Below, piece by piece: positions 40,777 through 51,790 of a stretch of 64,000 bases of DNA. Under the pieces are notes generated by a model, which had not been told where the DNA came from, searched no databases, and saw nothing but the letters and a program-made list of their open reading frames with translations. Source of the stretch: Candidatus Latescibacterota bacterium (GTDB lineage: Bacteria; Latescibacterota; CBDEFO01); contig CBDEFO010000006.1 of the NCBI GenBank assembly GCA_965237525.1, positions 128,001 to 192,000 on the forward strand, read 5' to 3'. The translations under genes were made by a program, and so were the position numbers. The first letter of the stretch is position 1. Every line of letters starts with the position of its first letter.

Positions 40777-41895
40777 ATGCAAGTTGAAGTCCTTCACGAC
40801 CGGAGCGTTTCGCCTTCCGAGGAGCTCACCTGCGCCTACCCGTTGACCACGCTGGGCGCCGACGGCTCCATCGTCTGCCTCTACCGGCGCGGCCAGGAGA
40901 AGCACTCCTACGACGGCGTCCTGGTGTCACAGCGCTCGACCGACCTGGGAAGGACCTGGTCCGATCCAGTGACTGTCTTTGCGGGACAACACCTGAATCC
41001 GCCTCAGGCGGCCGTCAGCGGGGGTCTCTGCAAGTGCGGCGACGGTTCGTTGTTAGCTGTCATTGGAATCGTGGAGGTCACCAGACCGGATGTCTACATC
41101 TTCAGCGAGGAAGGCTTTACTCAGCGCCGCCTCTTGGCCATGGTCAAGAGCACGGATGGCGGCCGCTCGTGGAACCCGTGCAAGTACGTGGATATAGCTG
41201 CCCCGGGCAAACCCTTCGGCGCCTCCAAACCCTTGCTCCTCGACGACTGCCGGATCTTCTTTCCCGGGGAGCACCGCCACGAAGGGGGCCAGTTGGGCAT
41301 GTGCGCCAGCTTCTCCTCCGACCACGGGGAGTCCCTCGAACCGGTGCACGACTGCATCGTCGATCCCACTGCTCAGCTGAGCCTGTGCGATGCCCGTTTC
41401 GCCCTGTTTGACGACGGCCAGATGCTGGCCCTGCTATGGACCTTCCGCCAGAGCGACGAGCAGACCGTGGAGGTGCACCGCTCTGTGTCCGACGACCAGG
41501 GCCGCACCTGGTCTGAAGCCCGTCCAGTCGGCCACCTCGGCCAGATCACGGCGCCACTCGTCGTAGCTGGCGACAGCGTAATAGCGGCCAGCAATTACCG
41601 CTGGCCTCCCCAGGGTATCCGCCTCTGGCAGTCACGGGACAGAGGGGAGACCTGGCCGGTGGGGGAGTCCCTGCAGATGTGGGACGCGGATCAAAAGCAG
41701 ATGCTGGCCCAACCCCTGCAGGTGGGCGAGCAGAGCCAAAACGACAGCGTGTGGGACGCCCTGCCCGGATTCACCTTCGGCACCCCGGATCTGACAGCCC
41801 TGCCCGACGGTACTGTACTCCTGACTTACTACGCCGAGATTGACGGCTTAGCCCAGGTCAGAGCATGCCGCTTCACTGAAAGAGACAGGCAATGA
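40777..41895 (+). CDS. Sialidase/BNR (Asp-box) repeat protein
   Basis: Asp-boxes STDLGRTW, STDGGRSW, SDDQGRTW, SRDRGETW. Confidence 0.85.
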   Translation: MQVEVLHDRSVSPSEELTCAYPLTTLGADGSIVCLYRRGQEKHSYDGVLVSQRSTDLGRTWSDPVTVFAGQHLNPPQAAVSGGLCKCGDGSLLAVIGIVEVTRPDVYIFSEEGFTQRRLLAMVKSTDGGRSWNPCKYVDIAAPGKPFGASKPLLLDDCRIFFPGEHRHEGGQLGMCASFSSDHGESLEPVHDCIVDPTAQLSLCDARFALFDDGQMLALLWTFRQSDEQTVEVHRSVSDDQGRTWSEARPVGHLGQITAPLVVAGDSVIAASNYRWPPQGIRLWQSRDRGETWPVGESLQMWDADQKQMLAQPLQVGEQSQNDSVWDALPGFTFGTPDLTALPDGTVLLTYYAEIDGLAQVRACRFTERDRQ

Positions 41896-42002
41896 AGGTC
41901 ACCGAGATGGAAGTCCGCGAGACTCCTCTCGGATTCCTGGACTGGCACGCCTACCAGCTTGACCACCAGTTCCAGTGGCGCGAGCGCGCCTTGATGAAAT
42001 AA
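41892..42002 (+). pseudogene. Truncated N-terminus of a probable mandelate racemase/enolase-superfamily gene
   Basis: ATGA overlap with the upstream stop; MKVTEMEVRE...DWHAYQL then an abrupt change to AT-rich DNA. Confidence 0.4.
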
Positions 42003-42305
42003 ACTTCAGAGCCCTTGTCAAAAAAGCTCACAGAGTATTCAAAATATATCGATTAGACGGCAATGACGATTCTATCTTTGGTCATTTACAAGAGTGCTAC
42101 TTTAACAGAAATGGCAGTCTACAATGATTTTGCACTGAGGGTTTTCATTGACATCCATCATTTTCTTTCTTATCTTCTTTGGCAAGTTTATACAGTCTGT
42201 ATATAATCCCTACAAAACTTACGATCATCATGACTTAACAGAAAAATAGTTTTGATTTTACTGGGAGGCCCCCGATGAAGTGCCTCAAGAGAAAGGAGGA
42301 CGCTC

Positions 42306-43381
42306 ATGCTTAGGACAGACTGCAGCAAGCTCTGAGCGAGGTCTTGTTGGGACTCGACCAGAGCGGAATGTTCAAGTTATTCGAGTCGGAGCAAATGCGG
42401 ACAAAATCACCAGATGAGAGGGTGAAGATCGCTGTTCTGGAAACATTCAAGCAGTACTTGCAGGTCTATGAGAGATTCGGAAATACTGAGCGGAAGATAA
42501 TGGAGATCCTTAAACTGGACGTACTGAATAAAGTCGATCTCTGGACGATGCTCATGGGAGACGAAGGTTTCAGACACGGTAAAGCGCATGATATCTACCT
42601 GAATCTTCTCTTTACCAAGCGGAATCTCCCTAAGATCTTGGATCTTCTGGAACGGGATACCGATAGAATTCCACGGGAATCAGAATCCTCTAAAGAGGAG
42701 GCTGGCGATCTTGCCCAGCTCACAGCTATCGTCATCGAGGAAAAAGAATTCTCTACTCCTGAGCGACTCATTCTCATGCTGGAAGCTCTCGAAGGGCTAT
42801 ATCAAGCTAGTGCTCAAGTCCTTAAGTGCGACATCTCTAGTCTTTCAGTTTTGTCATGCGACTCGGGAAGCGACAAGTCTTTCGACTTTCTCGGTGTTGC
42901 CAAGGTTATCCAATGCGTCAAGGAAATCATTCTGAGCTTCTGGGACAGAGTCGTGTACTTCAGGGAAGACAAGACCGAAAAGCAGCTCGACCTTATTGCC
43001 AATTCATTGCCCATCTTGAAGACAATCAGTGATATGAAAACGCGCCGAGAGATAGAACCCGAAAGCGCTGAGTTGCTCAAGAAACAGGTTATTGAATCTG
43101 TACGCAAGTTCGCCAACGCAGGCACCACGATCCCTGAAATAGAAAAGTTCACAACATTTAACCCGCGGCAACTTATGAAACCGGAGCGCAAGTTGCTTGT
43201 AGCTGCGGCTCAGTCAACACAAGAGGAAGAGCCTCAGAAGCCGTCGACACAGCCACCAGGAGAAATCGATGACCCAGAATTTCAGGAATATATGGAACAG
43301 ATGTCCGCCGACTTCCTGAGAAGACGAAACGAAGCGAAGAAAGGCCGAGAAGATCCTCCGGACCAGACAGAAGACCGATGA
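42306..43381 (+). CDS. Hypothetical protein (likely start 42306 with a 1-nt frameshift near 42320)
   Basis: RBS AAAGGAGG then ATG 42306. Adding one base gives MLRTDLQQALSEVLLGL, in frame with the 345-aa ORF. Confidence 0.6.
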
Positions 43382-43987
43382 TGAAGTGCAGCTTACCCAT
43401 ATTGATACAGCAACAATAAAATAGCCGGCAACGTAGAACCAGTTGTATACAGCAGTCAAGCGATCACTAACACGAAGACTAATCTCCCGAAGAGATACTA
43501 CTACGCTGTGAACAGTTATAGACAAAAGTAAAAACAGGTTTAGCAGAAGATCAGGTTAATCCTTCTTTAACAAAATCTCACAGAGTATTGAATACAAAGC
43601 CCGTCAGACATCAATGGCGGGCTTTATCTTTGGTCTTTTGCAGAAGTCCTACTTTGACGAAAGTGAGCAGTTTTGATAGACCCTCCACTGAAGAATCTTA
43701 TTGACATCCGCTATTTCCTCCTTTATCTTCCTTATGGATTCCTTCTGGCAGGACTCAAGACCTTTTCTCAACACCATTGCAGTTGTGCAAGGTACCGTCA
43801 ACACAGAGGGAAGTCAGGTGGAATCAGCCTCCGATACCGCGGATTTCGATCATAATCTCCGATGCCGCACAAAGATCAGCAGCGCACATAACTCACCACA
43901 AGCCCGATGGAGTCTACCGTAGAGGCGGATGCTTCTAAGACTTGAAGGTGAATCAAGATCTGTAGATGGACATAAAGGAAGATAACA

Positions 43988-44770
43988 ATGAGAAAAAGTA
44001 AAGCGCTCAGGAAGTTTCGTGAAGGCAGATGTGCCCGTGTATGCAACCTGGGGCATTATTTGCCGTTTTTTGTAAGACATGCGGCGCATTTCAACTACGA
44101 TGTCATCTGGCTGGACCTGGAACATCGCGCAATGTCTGCCCGCGAGGTTCAGTCCCTGCTGGCGATGTGTCACGCCAACGATATAGACTGCATGGTGCGT
44201 TCCCCGAGCCTGGGTCGTACTCACCTCTATCGCTACCTCGAGGACGGCGCCGCCGGCTTGATGATCCCCTTTGCCTCGGATGCGGATATCGCCCGGAACA
44301 TCGTGAGCGCTGTGAAGTTCCCGCCCCAGGGTAACCGCGGCCTAGATGGAGCGGGTCTGGACGGAGATTTCGCCCTCGACATCTCGCGTCCTGACAGCAC
44401 CTACACAACTGACGCCAACCAGGAAACCTTTGTAGTTCTGCAGATCGAGACGAGGGAGGCCCTCGAAAATGTGGATGAAATAGCAGCTGTTCCGGGAATA
44501 GATGTCCTCTTTGTAGGGCCGGCCGATCTGGGACTGCGTCTCAGACAGAAGACGGACGGGCCGCCGATCACCCTTGAGGATGCCATCCCCACGGTTGCCG
44601 AGGCCGCTCGACGACACAATAAAGCCTGGGGCATGCCGGCCCCCACGCCTGAGAAAATAGCCCAATACCGGGAATTAGGAGCCCAGTTCCTGAGCTATGG
44701 CGGAGATTTCGCTCTCAGGGACGTACTGGAGCGCGGCAGTCACGAGTTCGATGAGGTCTTGGGCGAATAA
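43988..44770 (+). CDS. HpcH/HpaI aldolase family
   Basis: IWLDLEH, KFPPQGNRG, LQIETREA, LFVGPADL. Confidence 0.92.
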   Translation: MRKSKALRKFREGRCARVCNLGHYLPFFVRHAAHFNYDVIWLDLEHRAMSAREVQSLLAMCHANDIDCMVRSPSLGRTHLYRYLEDGAAGLMIPFASDADIARNIVSAVKFPPQGNRGLDGAGLDGDFALDISRPDSTYTTDANQETFVVLQIETREALENVDEIAAVPGIDVLFVGPADLGLRLRQKTDGPPITLEDAIPTVAEAARRHNKAWGMPAPTPEKIAQYRELGAQFLSYGGDFALRDVLERGSHEFDEVLGE

Positions 44771-44997
44771 GCTGGGTAAGGCTCTATATTCCGATGTGCG
44801 TGATAGTATCACAACAACTGTATCTGTGCTGAAGAACAATCGAGATGATACATTCGCACCTCCAACAGACTATCCCGTTCGGATTTTTCCTGCTCACAAT
44901 CCAGTGCAGAATTAGATGGAGACAGACATAATCACCTGGCTGCTCCTGTCAGGATCGGCAATACTGTATCTGAGACGATAGCCGATGGGAATCTGCC

Positions 44998-46716
44998 ATG
45001 TCAAACGTGCTCCGCACATGTGGGTCTATGCCACCTGCGCTGACCCCGGAGAATCGAAAGAAGAAGGGTGGGTTCACGTATAGCATTCAAGAAGATATGC
45101 TCCGGATCGAAGGCTATGTCTGGCCGTTAAGCGTAAAGGCCGGGGAACGGATCGGATTCCACATCTCTACGAATGCGGATCGCTACTCGATCCAGATCGC
45201 TCGTGTGGGAGCACAGAGACACGTCATCTGGACACAAGACGGCCTGACCGGAGCACAACACCCTGTCCCCTGCAACGCATCGACGCACGGGTGTCAATGG
45301 CCTGTGGCCAAAGAAATATCTGTACCCGTGGATTGGCCGTCAGGCTATTACAACGTGATCATGCAAGCGACAGGCAGGGATGGATCCACTGCCGAAGGAC
45401 AGGCGTTCTTCGTGGTTCGGTCACCCCATCCCGGCCGCGATGCCGCTATCCTTATCCAATTAACCACGAACACATACAACGCTTACAACACATGGGGCGG
45501 CTCAAGTCTCTATCGAGGGCCCGACGGACCAGGACACCGAGTCTCCTTTGAACGCCCGTATGCAGGCCTTCCCGGCGTAGATGGACTTCTCCTATTTTGC
45601 ATGGATGAAGGACGTCAGGAGCTGTTAGAAGATCGAAATATCTCCGAGCGCCTTCAAGAGGAATTCCAGAAACAGGTGGCAGCGTACAACGTCCCCGGCA
45701 TCAGGCTTTCAACGCACGGTAGCATCACGACGGTCGAACCGGGCAGACATTGGCGGATTGATGATAACCTGGGCACGGGTCCTGCAGCCTACCATGTGAA
45801 GCTTCAGGAAGGGCAGCTTCACGTCTATGACGGCACAACATTCTGGGGGGCTGGATGGCGCAACTGGGAGCAGCCGTTCGTAGCCTGGGCCGAGCAAGCC
45901 GGGTATTCGCTTGACTTCGCAATCAACGGAGACCTTGAATTCCACCACGATATTCTGGAGCACTATCGCCTGGTGCTGAGTGTAGGGCACGACGAGTACT
46001 GGTCATCGCCTATGCGCGATCACCTTGAGTCGTACATAGCTGCCGGCGGAAACGTGGCCTTTTTCAGCGGAAATGTGATGTGGTGGCAGGTGCGCAGCCA
46101 AGACAACGGCAGAGCACTGGTCTGCTGGAAGGGCGCCTATAGACAAGACCCCGTCTATCAAACCGGTGACCATAGAAAGCTCAGCACGCTCTGGTGCCAC
46201 CGCCTCATCAATCGACCCGAGAATTACCTGACCGGTGTCAGCTTTGCCTACGGGGGCTATGCAGGCTTTTTTGACCAGTTTGTGGACGAGCCCGGCGCAT
46301 ACACAATACATCGTCCCGATCATTGGATCTTTGAGGGGACCGGTCTGAAACGCCATGACCTCCTGGGCGTTCAGGACAGTATCGTCAGCTACGAATGTGA
46401 CGGCTGCGAGTTCGAGCTTCATGATGGACTACCCATTCCCACACAGCGCGACGGTACACCGGAGACATTTCAGATTCTCGGCACCGCCTCGGCAGGACTG
46501 ACCGATTATGACGACTCCATCGAATTGGTGAATGAGACGCTGCACCCGGAGGGGAGCGAACCTCACCCCTACCCAGGTGCGGCGGTGCTCGGAACCTACA
46601 GCCGCGGCGGCACGGTGGTTACCGTGGGTTGCACCTCATGGGCAAATGGACTTCGCGGTGGGGACAGGCAGGTCGAACGAGTCACACGGAATATCCTTGA
46701 GCGTCTTTCGTCGTGA
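44998..46716 (+). CDS. N,N-dimethylformamidase beta-subunit family protein
   Basis: TTNTYNAYNTWGGSSLY, VSFERPY, SVGHDEYWS, FSGNVMWWQVR, YECDG. Start may be ~45097. Confidence 0.85.
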   Translation: MSNVLRTCGSMPPALTPENRKKKGGFTYSIQEDMLRIEGYVWPLSVKAGERIGFHISTNADRYSIQIARVGAQRHVIWTQDGLTGAQHPVPCNASTHGCQWPVAKEISVPVDWPSGYYNVIMQATGRDGSTAEGQAFFVVRSPHPGRDAAILIQLTTNTYNAYNTWGGSSLYRGPDGPGHRVSFERPYAGLPGVDGLLLFCMDEGRQELLEDRNISERLQEEFQKQVAAYNVPGIRLSTHGSITTVEPGRHWRIDDNLGTGPAAYHVKLQEGQLHVYDGTTFWGAGWRNWEQPFVAWAEQAGYSLDFAINGDLEFHHDILEHYRLVLSVGHDEYWSSPMRDHLESYIAAGGNVAFFSGNVMWWQVRSQDNGRALVCWKGAYRQDPVYQTGDHRKLSTLWCHRLINRPENYLTGVSFAYGGYAGFFDQFVDEPGAYTIHRPDHWIFEGTGLKRHDLLGVQDSIVSYECDGCEFELHDGLPIPTQRDGTPETFQILGTASAGLTDYDDSIELVNETLHPEGSEPHPYPGAAVLGTYSRGGTVVTVGCTSWANGLRGGDRQVERVTRNILERLSS

Positions 46717-46829
46717 CGAGACAGTACGTCGTGCCTGCCCCGATAGCTAGGTACGTGGCGATACGTCCCAGTCGCAAGTGGCCGACGCGCCCGAATCTTC
46801 CAATGCAAATTAGCTAAGGAGGCAGTAGC

Positions 46830-48053
46830 ATGCACGTAGATCGAGACCGATTCCTGGAAGAAGGGTACCTCATCTTGCGCAACGTCATCCCGCCGGACGA
46901 GCTGGACGAGCTGCGCGCAAGTTACGAAATCATGGTCGAAAGACAGAGGGAAATCTGGGCGCGCGAACGCAACACGGACGATCCGCCCGGAGGTGCATGG
47001 GACACCTCGGCGCAGCCGCGGTTGAACTTGGATAGCCTGGTTGATCAGATAGATGCACAGACCGCCAAGACTGTGGAGATCTGGCTTCACGAAAACACGC
47101 AAGGTGTCAGCAGCAACTTGCTGGGGCTAGAGGATGCGGCGGTGACGGAAATGATGCTGATGTGCAGTCCTTCGCGCGACCATGGGGCGGCGAACCACCG
47201 GGGATGGCACCGGGATTTTTATCCACCCCGCTGCGCCCCACTCCAGGGCTACGCAGAGGACATCATCGAGAATGGCCCCCGGTACGTGCAGTGGAACATC
47301 CCCCTTTACGACGACGATGTGCTGTGGGTGGTGCCCGGCAGTCACAACCGCTTCAACACCGAGCAGGAAGACCGGCTGCTGAACGAGGACCCCAGCGTGC
47401 CCTTACCCGGCGGTATCCAGACCCATCTCAGGGCCGGCGACGGCGTCGTCTATATCCTGCCTATCCTGCACTGGGGCAGCAACTACAGCACCAAGATGCG
47501 GCGCACCATCCACGGCGGCTTTTCCACCCTCACCCAATACCAGAAGATGAGCTACCTCAAACATCTTTCCGCCCCAGACCGGGCAACCTTCGAGCGCTGG
47601 GACCGGCGCAGTAAAAAGATGCAGGACCACACCGAATCCGTGCTCCGCGCTGCCATCAAAGAGGACGGTGCTGCCTACTATGCCGGGCTCGAAAAGCTGC
47701 ACCCGGGCAGGGGCGAAAAGGGCAACCTCCAGTCGACCATATTCCTGAGCAAGGCCGCCAAACGCATATACCAGCTCAAGAGCCCCGGCTTCGACAACCT
47801 GCCGCAATTAGAGCGCCGCTGGGCCACCAGCGTGCAGCCGATGACGCTCCAGTGGGGCGTGCTCTTCGCCGATCGCTTCTCGCCTGACGAGGCCAAGATT
47901 CTATGGCAGCGGTTTAAGCCGGTGGACGACAGCCTCCAAGCGGAAGAAGATCAGTGGGCGCCCGGCTTCCAGGGCGATTCGACGCGTTACTACTTCAACC
48001 AGGTGCCGGCGGATTTCAGTGTCGAAAGCTTCATCTCAGACTGGGGCACGTAA
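46830..48053 (+). CDS. Phytanoyl-CoA dioxygenase (PhyH)-family protein
   Basis: FLEEGYLILRNVIP, WHRD, LWVVPGSH, LHWGSNY. Confidence 0.85.
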   Translation: MHVDRDRFLEEGYLILRNVIPPDELDELRASYEIMVERQREIWARERNTDDPPGGAWDTSAQPRLNLDSLVDQIDAQTAKTVEIWLHENTQGVSSNLLGLEDAAVTEMMLMCSPSRDHGAANHRGWHRDFYPPRCAPLQGYAEDIIENGPRYVQWNIPLYDDDVLWVVPGSHNRFNTEQEDRLLNEDPSVPLPGGIQTHLRAGDGVVYILPILHWGSNYSTKMRRTIHGGFSTLTQYQKMSYLKHLSAPDRATFERWDRRSKKMQDHTESVLRAAIKEDGAAYYAGLEKLHPGRGEKGNLQSTIFLSKAAKRIYQLKSPGFDNLPQLERRWATSVQPMTLQWGVLFADRFSPDEAKILWQRFKPVDDSLQAEEDQWAPGFQGDSTRYYFNQVPADFSVESFISDWGT

Positions 48054-48279
48054 CAGCCAGCGCAGCCTGAAACCCGGATCGGCGTACTTGAGCGTTCCAT
48101 AGGGTTTCGGTGGGGAGGATGGGGAGGATCTTCTTAGAACTTCTTGAAATAAAAAAAACTTTTTTTTGAGAAAGTTTTAGTTTTGTCCTCCCCATCCTCC
48201 CCAATTGGGAGCAGAAAAGAAAGTGATTGACATCCGAGGATGGAGAAAGACAAACTCGCGTATTCAAAAGGAGGGAAAG

Positions 48280-48459
48280 ATGGATACCCACGACATGCTT
48301 ACAGTCAAAGAAGTAGCCAGGTTCTTATGGTACTCAGAAAGGCACCTGCGTCAGTTAATACACTTTGGATTCGTCACAGCCTACAAGCTCGGGAAAAGGT
48401 CTCCAACAAGAGGTCCCTTAGACTATTTCAAAGGATCCGAATCTGCCCCCTTTGAGTAG
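48280..48459 (+). pseudogene. Excisionase-like HTH_17 remnant, paralog of 12155-12337
   Basis: LTVKEVARFLWYSERHLRQLI...AYKLGKR, with an apparent internal deletion. Confidence 0.6.
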
Positions 48460-48815
48460 TGGCTCTACCTGTGTGCCGTACATAAAACGGCCATCTGTAG
48501 GGGCAGACCCGTGTGTCTGCCCTTGGGGCGAGTGGACCTCGCCCCTACATTCTGTTAGCTGTGACCGAGATTGCTTCGCTATCGCTCGCAATGACCCAAA
48601 CTGAGCAACGTCATTGCGTGGAGGCCTGCCCCCGAATGATTGATCCCCGATAGACTCAATCGGGGACTCAAGGGCTGGAAGGTGGTCCCCCCTGACTACT
48701 CCCTCCTGCCTTTAAGACTGCCTGAGTGACCTTCGTGTAGATTCCACATCTGCAAAGGTTGCCCTTGGCTTGGCCGATCCCCGATAGACCTAATAGCGGA
48801 TTAAGGAGAGTCCTC

Positions 48816-49512
48816 ATGAGCAGCCTGCCAAAGACAGACAAGACAACCGTTGCCGTGGTTACAGGAGGACCATGCCTTCGACGTGCCCGGGTTCCACGCT
48901 CTATTCCGAAGCCTTCCAGATGCCGACTGCTATATTCAGCATGTGGAAGATTATGTCTACAATGCCGGACAGGTAAGAGACCAATATGATGTCGTTCTCT
49001 TTGCGGATATAGTGGATAGGAAGCAGATTTACAACCCTCAGAGCATGCCTCCCGAAGGGGGGACAGGTTATGAAGGCAGAATACAAGGCATCTTGCAGCA
49101 GCTCGGTAAGACCTCGCAGGGAATCTTCATCCACCATCATGCTCTCCTGGCCTATACGGCGTGGCCCCTCTGGTCAGACCTGGTCGGCATTCAGAATCGA
49201 GAACTCGCCGGGGCGCACGTAGTTCCGAACCTGCAAATCGAAATCGTCAACCCCGACCATCCCATCACACATGGGCTGGAAGCATGGAAGATGCCTGACG
49301 AGACCTATACCATGGATGAACCGGAGGTAGACAGCGACATCTTGCTCGCTGTCAATCACCCTCAAAGCATGAAAGCCGTCGGTTGGGTGAGGACCTTCAA
49401 AGAATCCCGTGTATTCTGCCTCCAGTCGGGGCACGATAACAGAACATACGTGAACCCGAATTTCCGCAAAATTGTGGAAAGGGGCATTAAGTGGTGTGCA
49501 GGACGGATTTGA
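48816..49512 (+). pseudogene. ThuA-domain (class I glutamine amidotransferase-like) protein, frameshift near 48870
   Basis: RBS AAGGAG, MSSLPKTDKTTVAVVTGG|HAFDVPGF...HPIT...DETY...SRVFCLQSGHD. Confidence 0.75.
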
Positions 49513-49722
49513 GGGAAGGAGAGAGGGTTCCAACAAATAGCGTTGCTTAATCGAAGTTGCTTTCCAGGGGCCACTACGACTCTTCCTGCTTTATACGTCC
49601 CCGATTAAATCGGCGGCGGGGATCGGCTTCTGCTGGCTTCTTCATAAGCACGCTTTGTTGATCTTCTCGAGGCGGGAACTTGGCGGACATCCACAGATCC
49701 GTAATCGGCACTGGGCAGGTCC

Positions 49723-50627
49723 CTAGGGAATACCCAGCTCTTCAACAGCCTGATGCAGGTCGGCCGGGAGAGGACCAGCCTGCGCTGCAGTTACGCTCTC
49801 TTCGATCTCGGCAGGCGTTGCTGCGCCGACCAGAATCGTTGTAATAGCTGGATCGGCTATCAAGTAGCGGATCGTCAGAGCGACCAGAGATAGGCCGGAG
49901 GCTTTCTGCAAGTCGTTCAGACGGGCATCTGGACTCTGCCCCTTATCGGCCCCGATGGTCTTAATCACACCCGCTGTGATGAAGGCTACTCCCTTCTTGC
50001 GAGCCAGCGGCAACGCCGTCCGACGCGCCTTTCGGGACAGTAGCGTGTAGTCGTAGGCGACCAGACAGGCGTCCACTTCCACATGGTGGAGGATGTGCGC
50101 GAGCTCCTCAGCGGGTCGGACGTAATCCCGATGAAGCGGCAGAGTCCGCGCTCCCTGGCCTCGTGGAGCACCTCCATCACCGGGGCGTTGGGAAGGTCGT
50201 AAGCCTCGTCAAGGCTCAGCAGCTGTTCGTTTGGCACGCCGTCCTTCCACCAGCAGGCCCACTCAGCCATATGTACCTGCAGTACGTCCACTTGGCTGCG
50301 GCGGAGGGCACGCAGGTTCTCCCAGAGCTGGGCACGGAAGGCATCCCGTGATCGGAAGTCGGCCGGCGCGGCAAGGTAGCCCAGCTTTGTTGCCAACAGA
50401 TATGGCTCCGTGCACCCCTCAAGCGCGTTGCCCAGTATTACCTGTGAAGCCCCCTGGCAGTAGGCCGGTGAGGTGTCAAAATAGCTGACGCCCAGTTCCA
50501 GCGCCCGGCGCACCGTGGCCACACCTTCGGTCAGAGAATACTTATCGAGAGAGCCGCCACCCAGACCCACGACTGTTACATGCTCCTCTGTCCTGCCGTA
50601 AGGGCGTCTTTCAATTGCTGCTTTCAG
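49723..50627 (-). pseudogene. Aldo/keto reductase, frameshift near 50115
   Basis: Paralog of 51791/52753/59235; YFDTSPAY, LATKLG. CTG occupies the start position. Confidence 0.82.
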
Positions 50628-50670
50628 GATTAGTCCCCCTCGAAAAATTTAAGAATATAAACACTGGCAA

Positions 50671-51711
50671 TTAGAATATTGCGCTCATAAATTTGATTTG
50701 TGGTAAAGAATGGACGTTATCAGCTATTTTCACCATTTCCTCATATGATCTTCTCCTGGCCAGTCTCATCTTAAGTACGTTGTATTGTCTGAATCTCCAA
50801 AACGAAACTGCAACAGCAGCATACTCTACAAAATCCTTTAGTGCATTTCGTTCCTCTTGTTCTAAAGGTCTTATTTTCTGATATCCATCAACAAGCGCCC
50901 TTATTTTTTCTACAGATACATTCTCTCTCTCTATACATGCTGCTATTATGGCAACGCCAATATCAAATATACAAAAATCGTTACTTGATTCTTCAAAATC
51001 AATAATAGCTTTTATGTTTTCACAGTCAAAGATTATGTTTTCAGGGAACATATCACCGTGTACCAAGCCTCTGGGAAGATTGGGACATAAACTTTCCCGC
51101 AGGTATTTAGATTTCTCTCTGAGCCATTCAATGTACTCGTGCTGTACGTCCAATTCAGTTACTTCTGGAAAAGCTTTAATTCCATAGGGATATGCTATAG
51201 AGAGAAAACCAAGCGGCGCTATTTGATGCAATTGTGCTATCGTTTCCCCCAGCTGCGATAACATCCCTGGAGTCAAGTTGTTTAGCACTTGACCTTCAAG
51301 GTACTCCTTAAGTATTATAGATCTAGTTCCCTTATATTTGTCCCTGATTGAACGTATCGGGGATTTGACAATGAAGTTTCCTTCTTCGGACGGAACTAAC
51401 CTTGAAGTAGGAAAATTGTGTTCTTCCAGAATCCGTAATAGAGCCACGAGGTTTTCTATTCCTAGTCCTTGTACTCCTGAAGATGTCTTCTCGTCAGCTT
51501 TAGTATTCAGCAGTTCCGAATCACAGGCTGTAAGTACATAAACTCCTTGTGATGTGTGTAGCACGTAACTGGAGTTAGTTTGACCTTCCTTAAGTGGATA
51601 GTGTTGAGCAATATCTTGTATGCCAAATTTTCTGGCTATGTCCACAATCTCTTCGGACCTTAGTTGCGTATAGCTATCTATTTCATCCTGCTTCGAGTGA
51701 GAATCCATCAA
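50671..51711 (-). CDS. Homoserine kinase type II / APH-family phosphotransferase, AT-rich
   Basis: GQTNSSY, LAQLH-like IAQLH, PRGLVHGDMFPENIIF, IIDFEE. Confidence 0.82.
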   Translation of the reverse strand: MMDSHSKQDEIDSYTQLRSEEIVDIARKFGIQDIAQHYPLKEGQTNSSYVLHTSQGVYVLTACDSELLNTKADEKTSSGVQGLGIENLVALLRILEEHNFPTSRLVPSEEGNFIVKSPIRSIRDKYKGTRSIILKEYLEGQVLNNLTPGMLSQLGETIAQLHQIAPLGFLSIAYPYGIKAFPEVTELDVQHEYIEWLREKSKYLRESLCPNLPRGLVHGDMFPENIIFDCENIKAIIDFEESSNDFCIFDIGVAIIAACIERENVSVEKIRALVDGYQKIRPLEQEERNALKDFVEYAAVAVSFWRFRQYNVLKMRLARRRSYEEMVKIADNVHSLPQIKFMSAIF

Positions 51712-51790
51712 GCATGCCCTCTGCTAAGGTAATTTATTGCTGCCCAGACAGACTCTTCCTGCTTCATACGTCCCCGATTAAATCGGGGGT

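Larger units (their letters stand above)
2899..48549. repeat. Dispersed GTAG-type REP hairpins (GTAGGGGCG...CGCCCCTAC and GGGCAGAC...GTCTGCCC)
   Basis: Copies at ~2899, 8945-9000, 11167, 15314 (in CDS), 22570, 24863, 26922-27033 and 48497-48549. Confidence 0.8.

Noticed and set aside
24211..47807. Long antisense/shadow ORFs (e.g. 24211-24810, 26327-26905, 30290-30985, 34465-35208, 39946-40905, 47403-47807)
   Set aside because: They overlap well-supported genes on the opposite strand and have no recognisable motifs.
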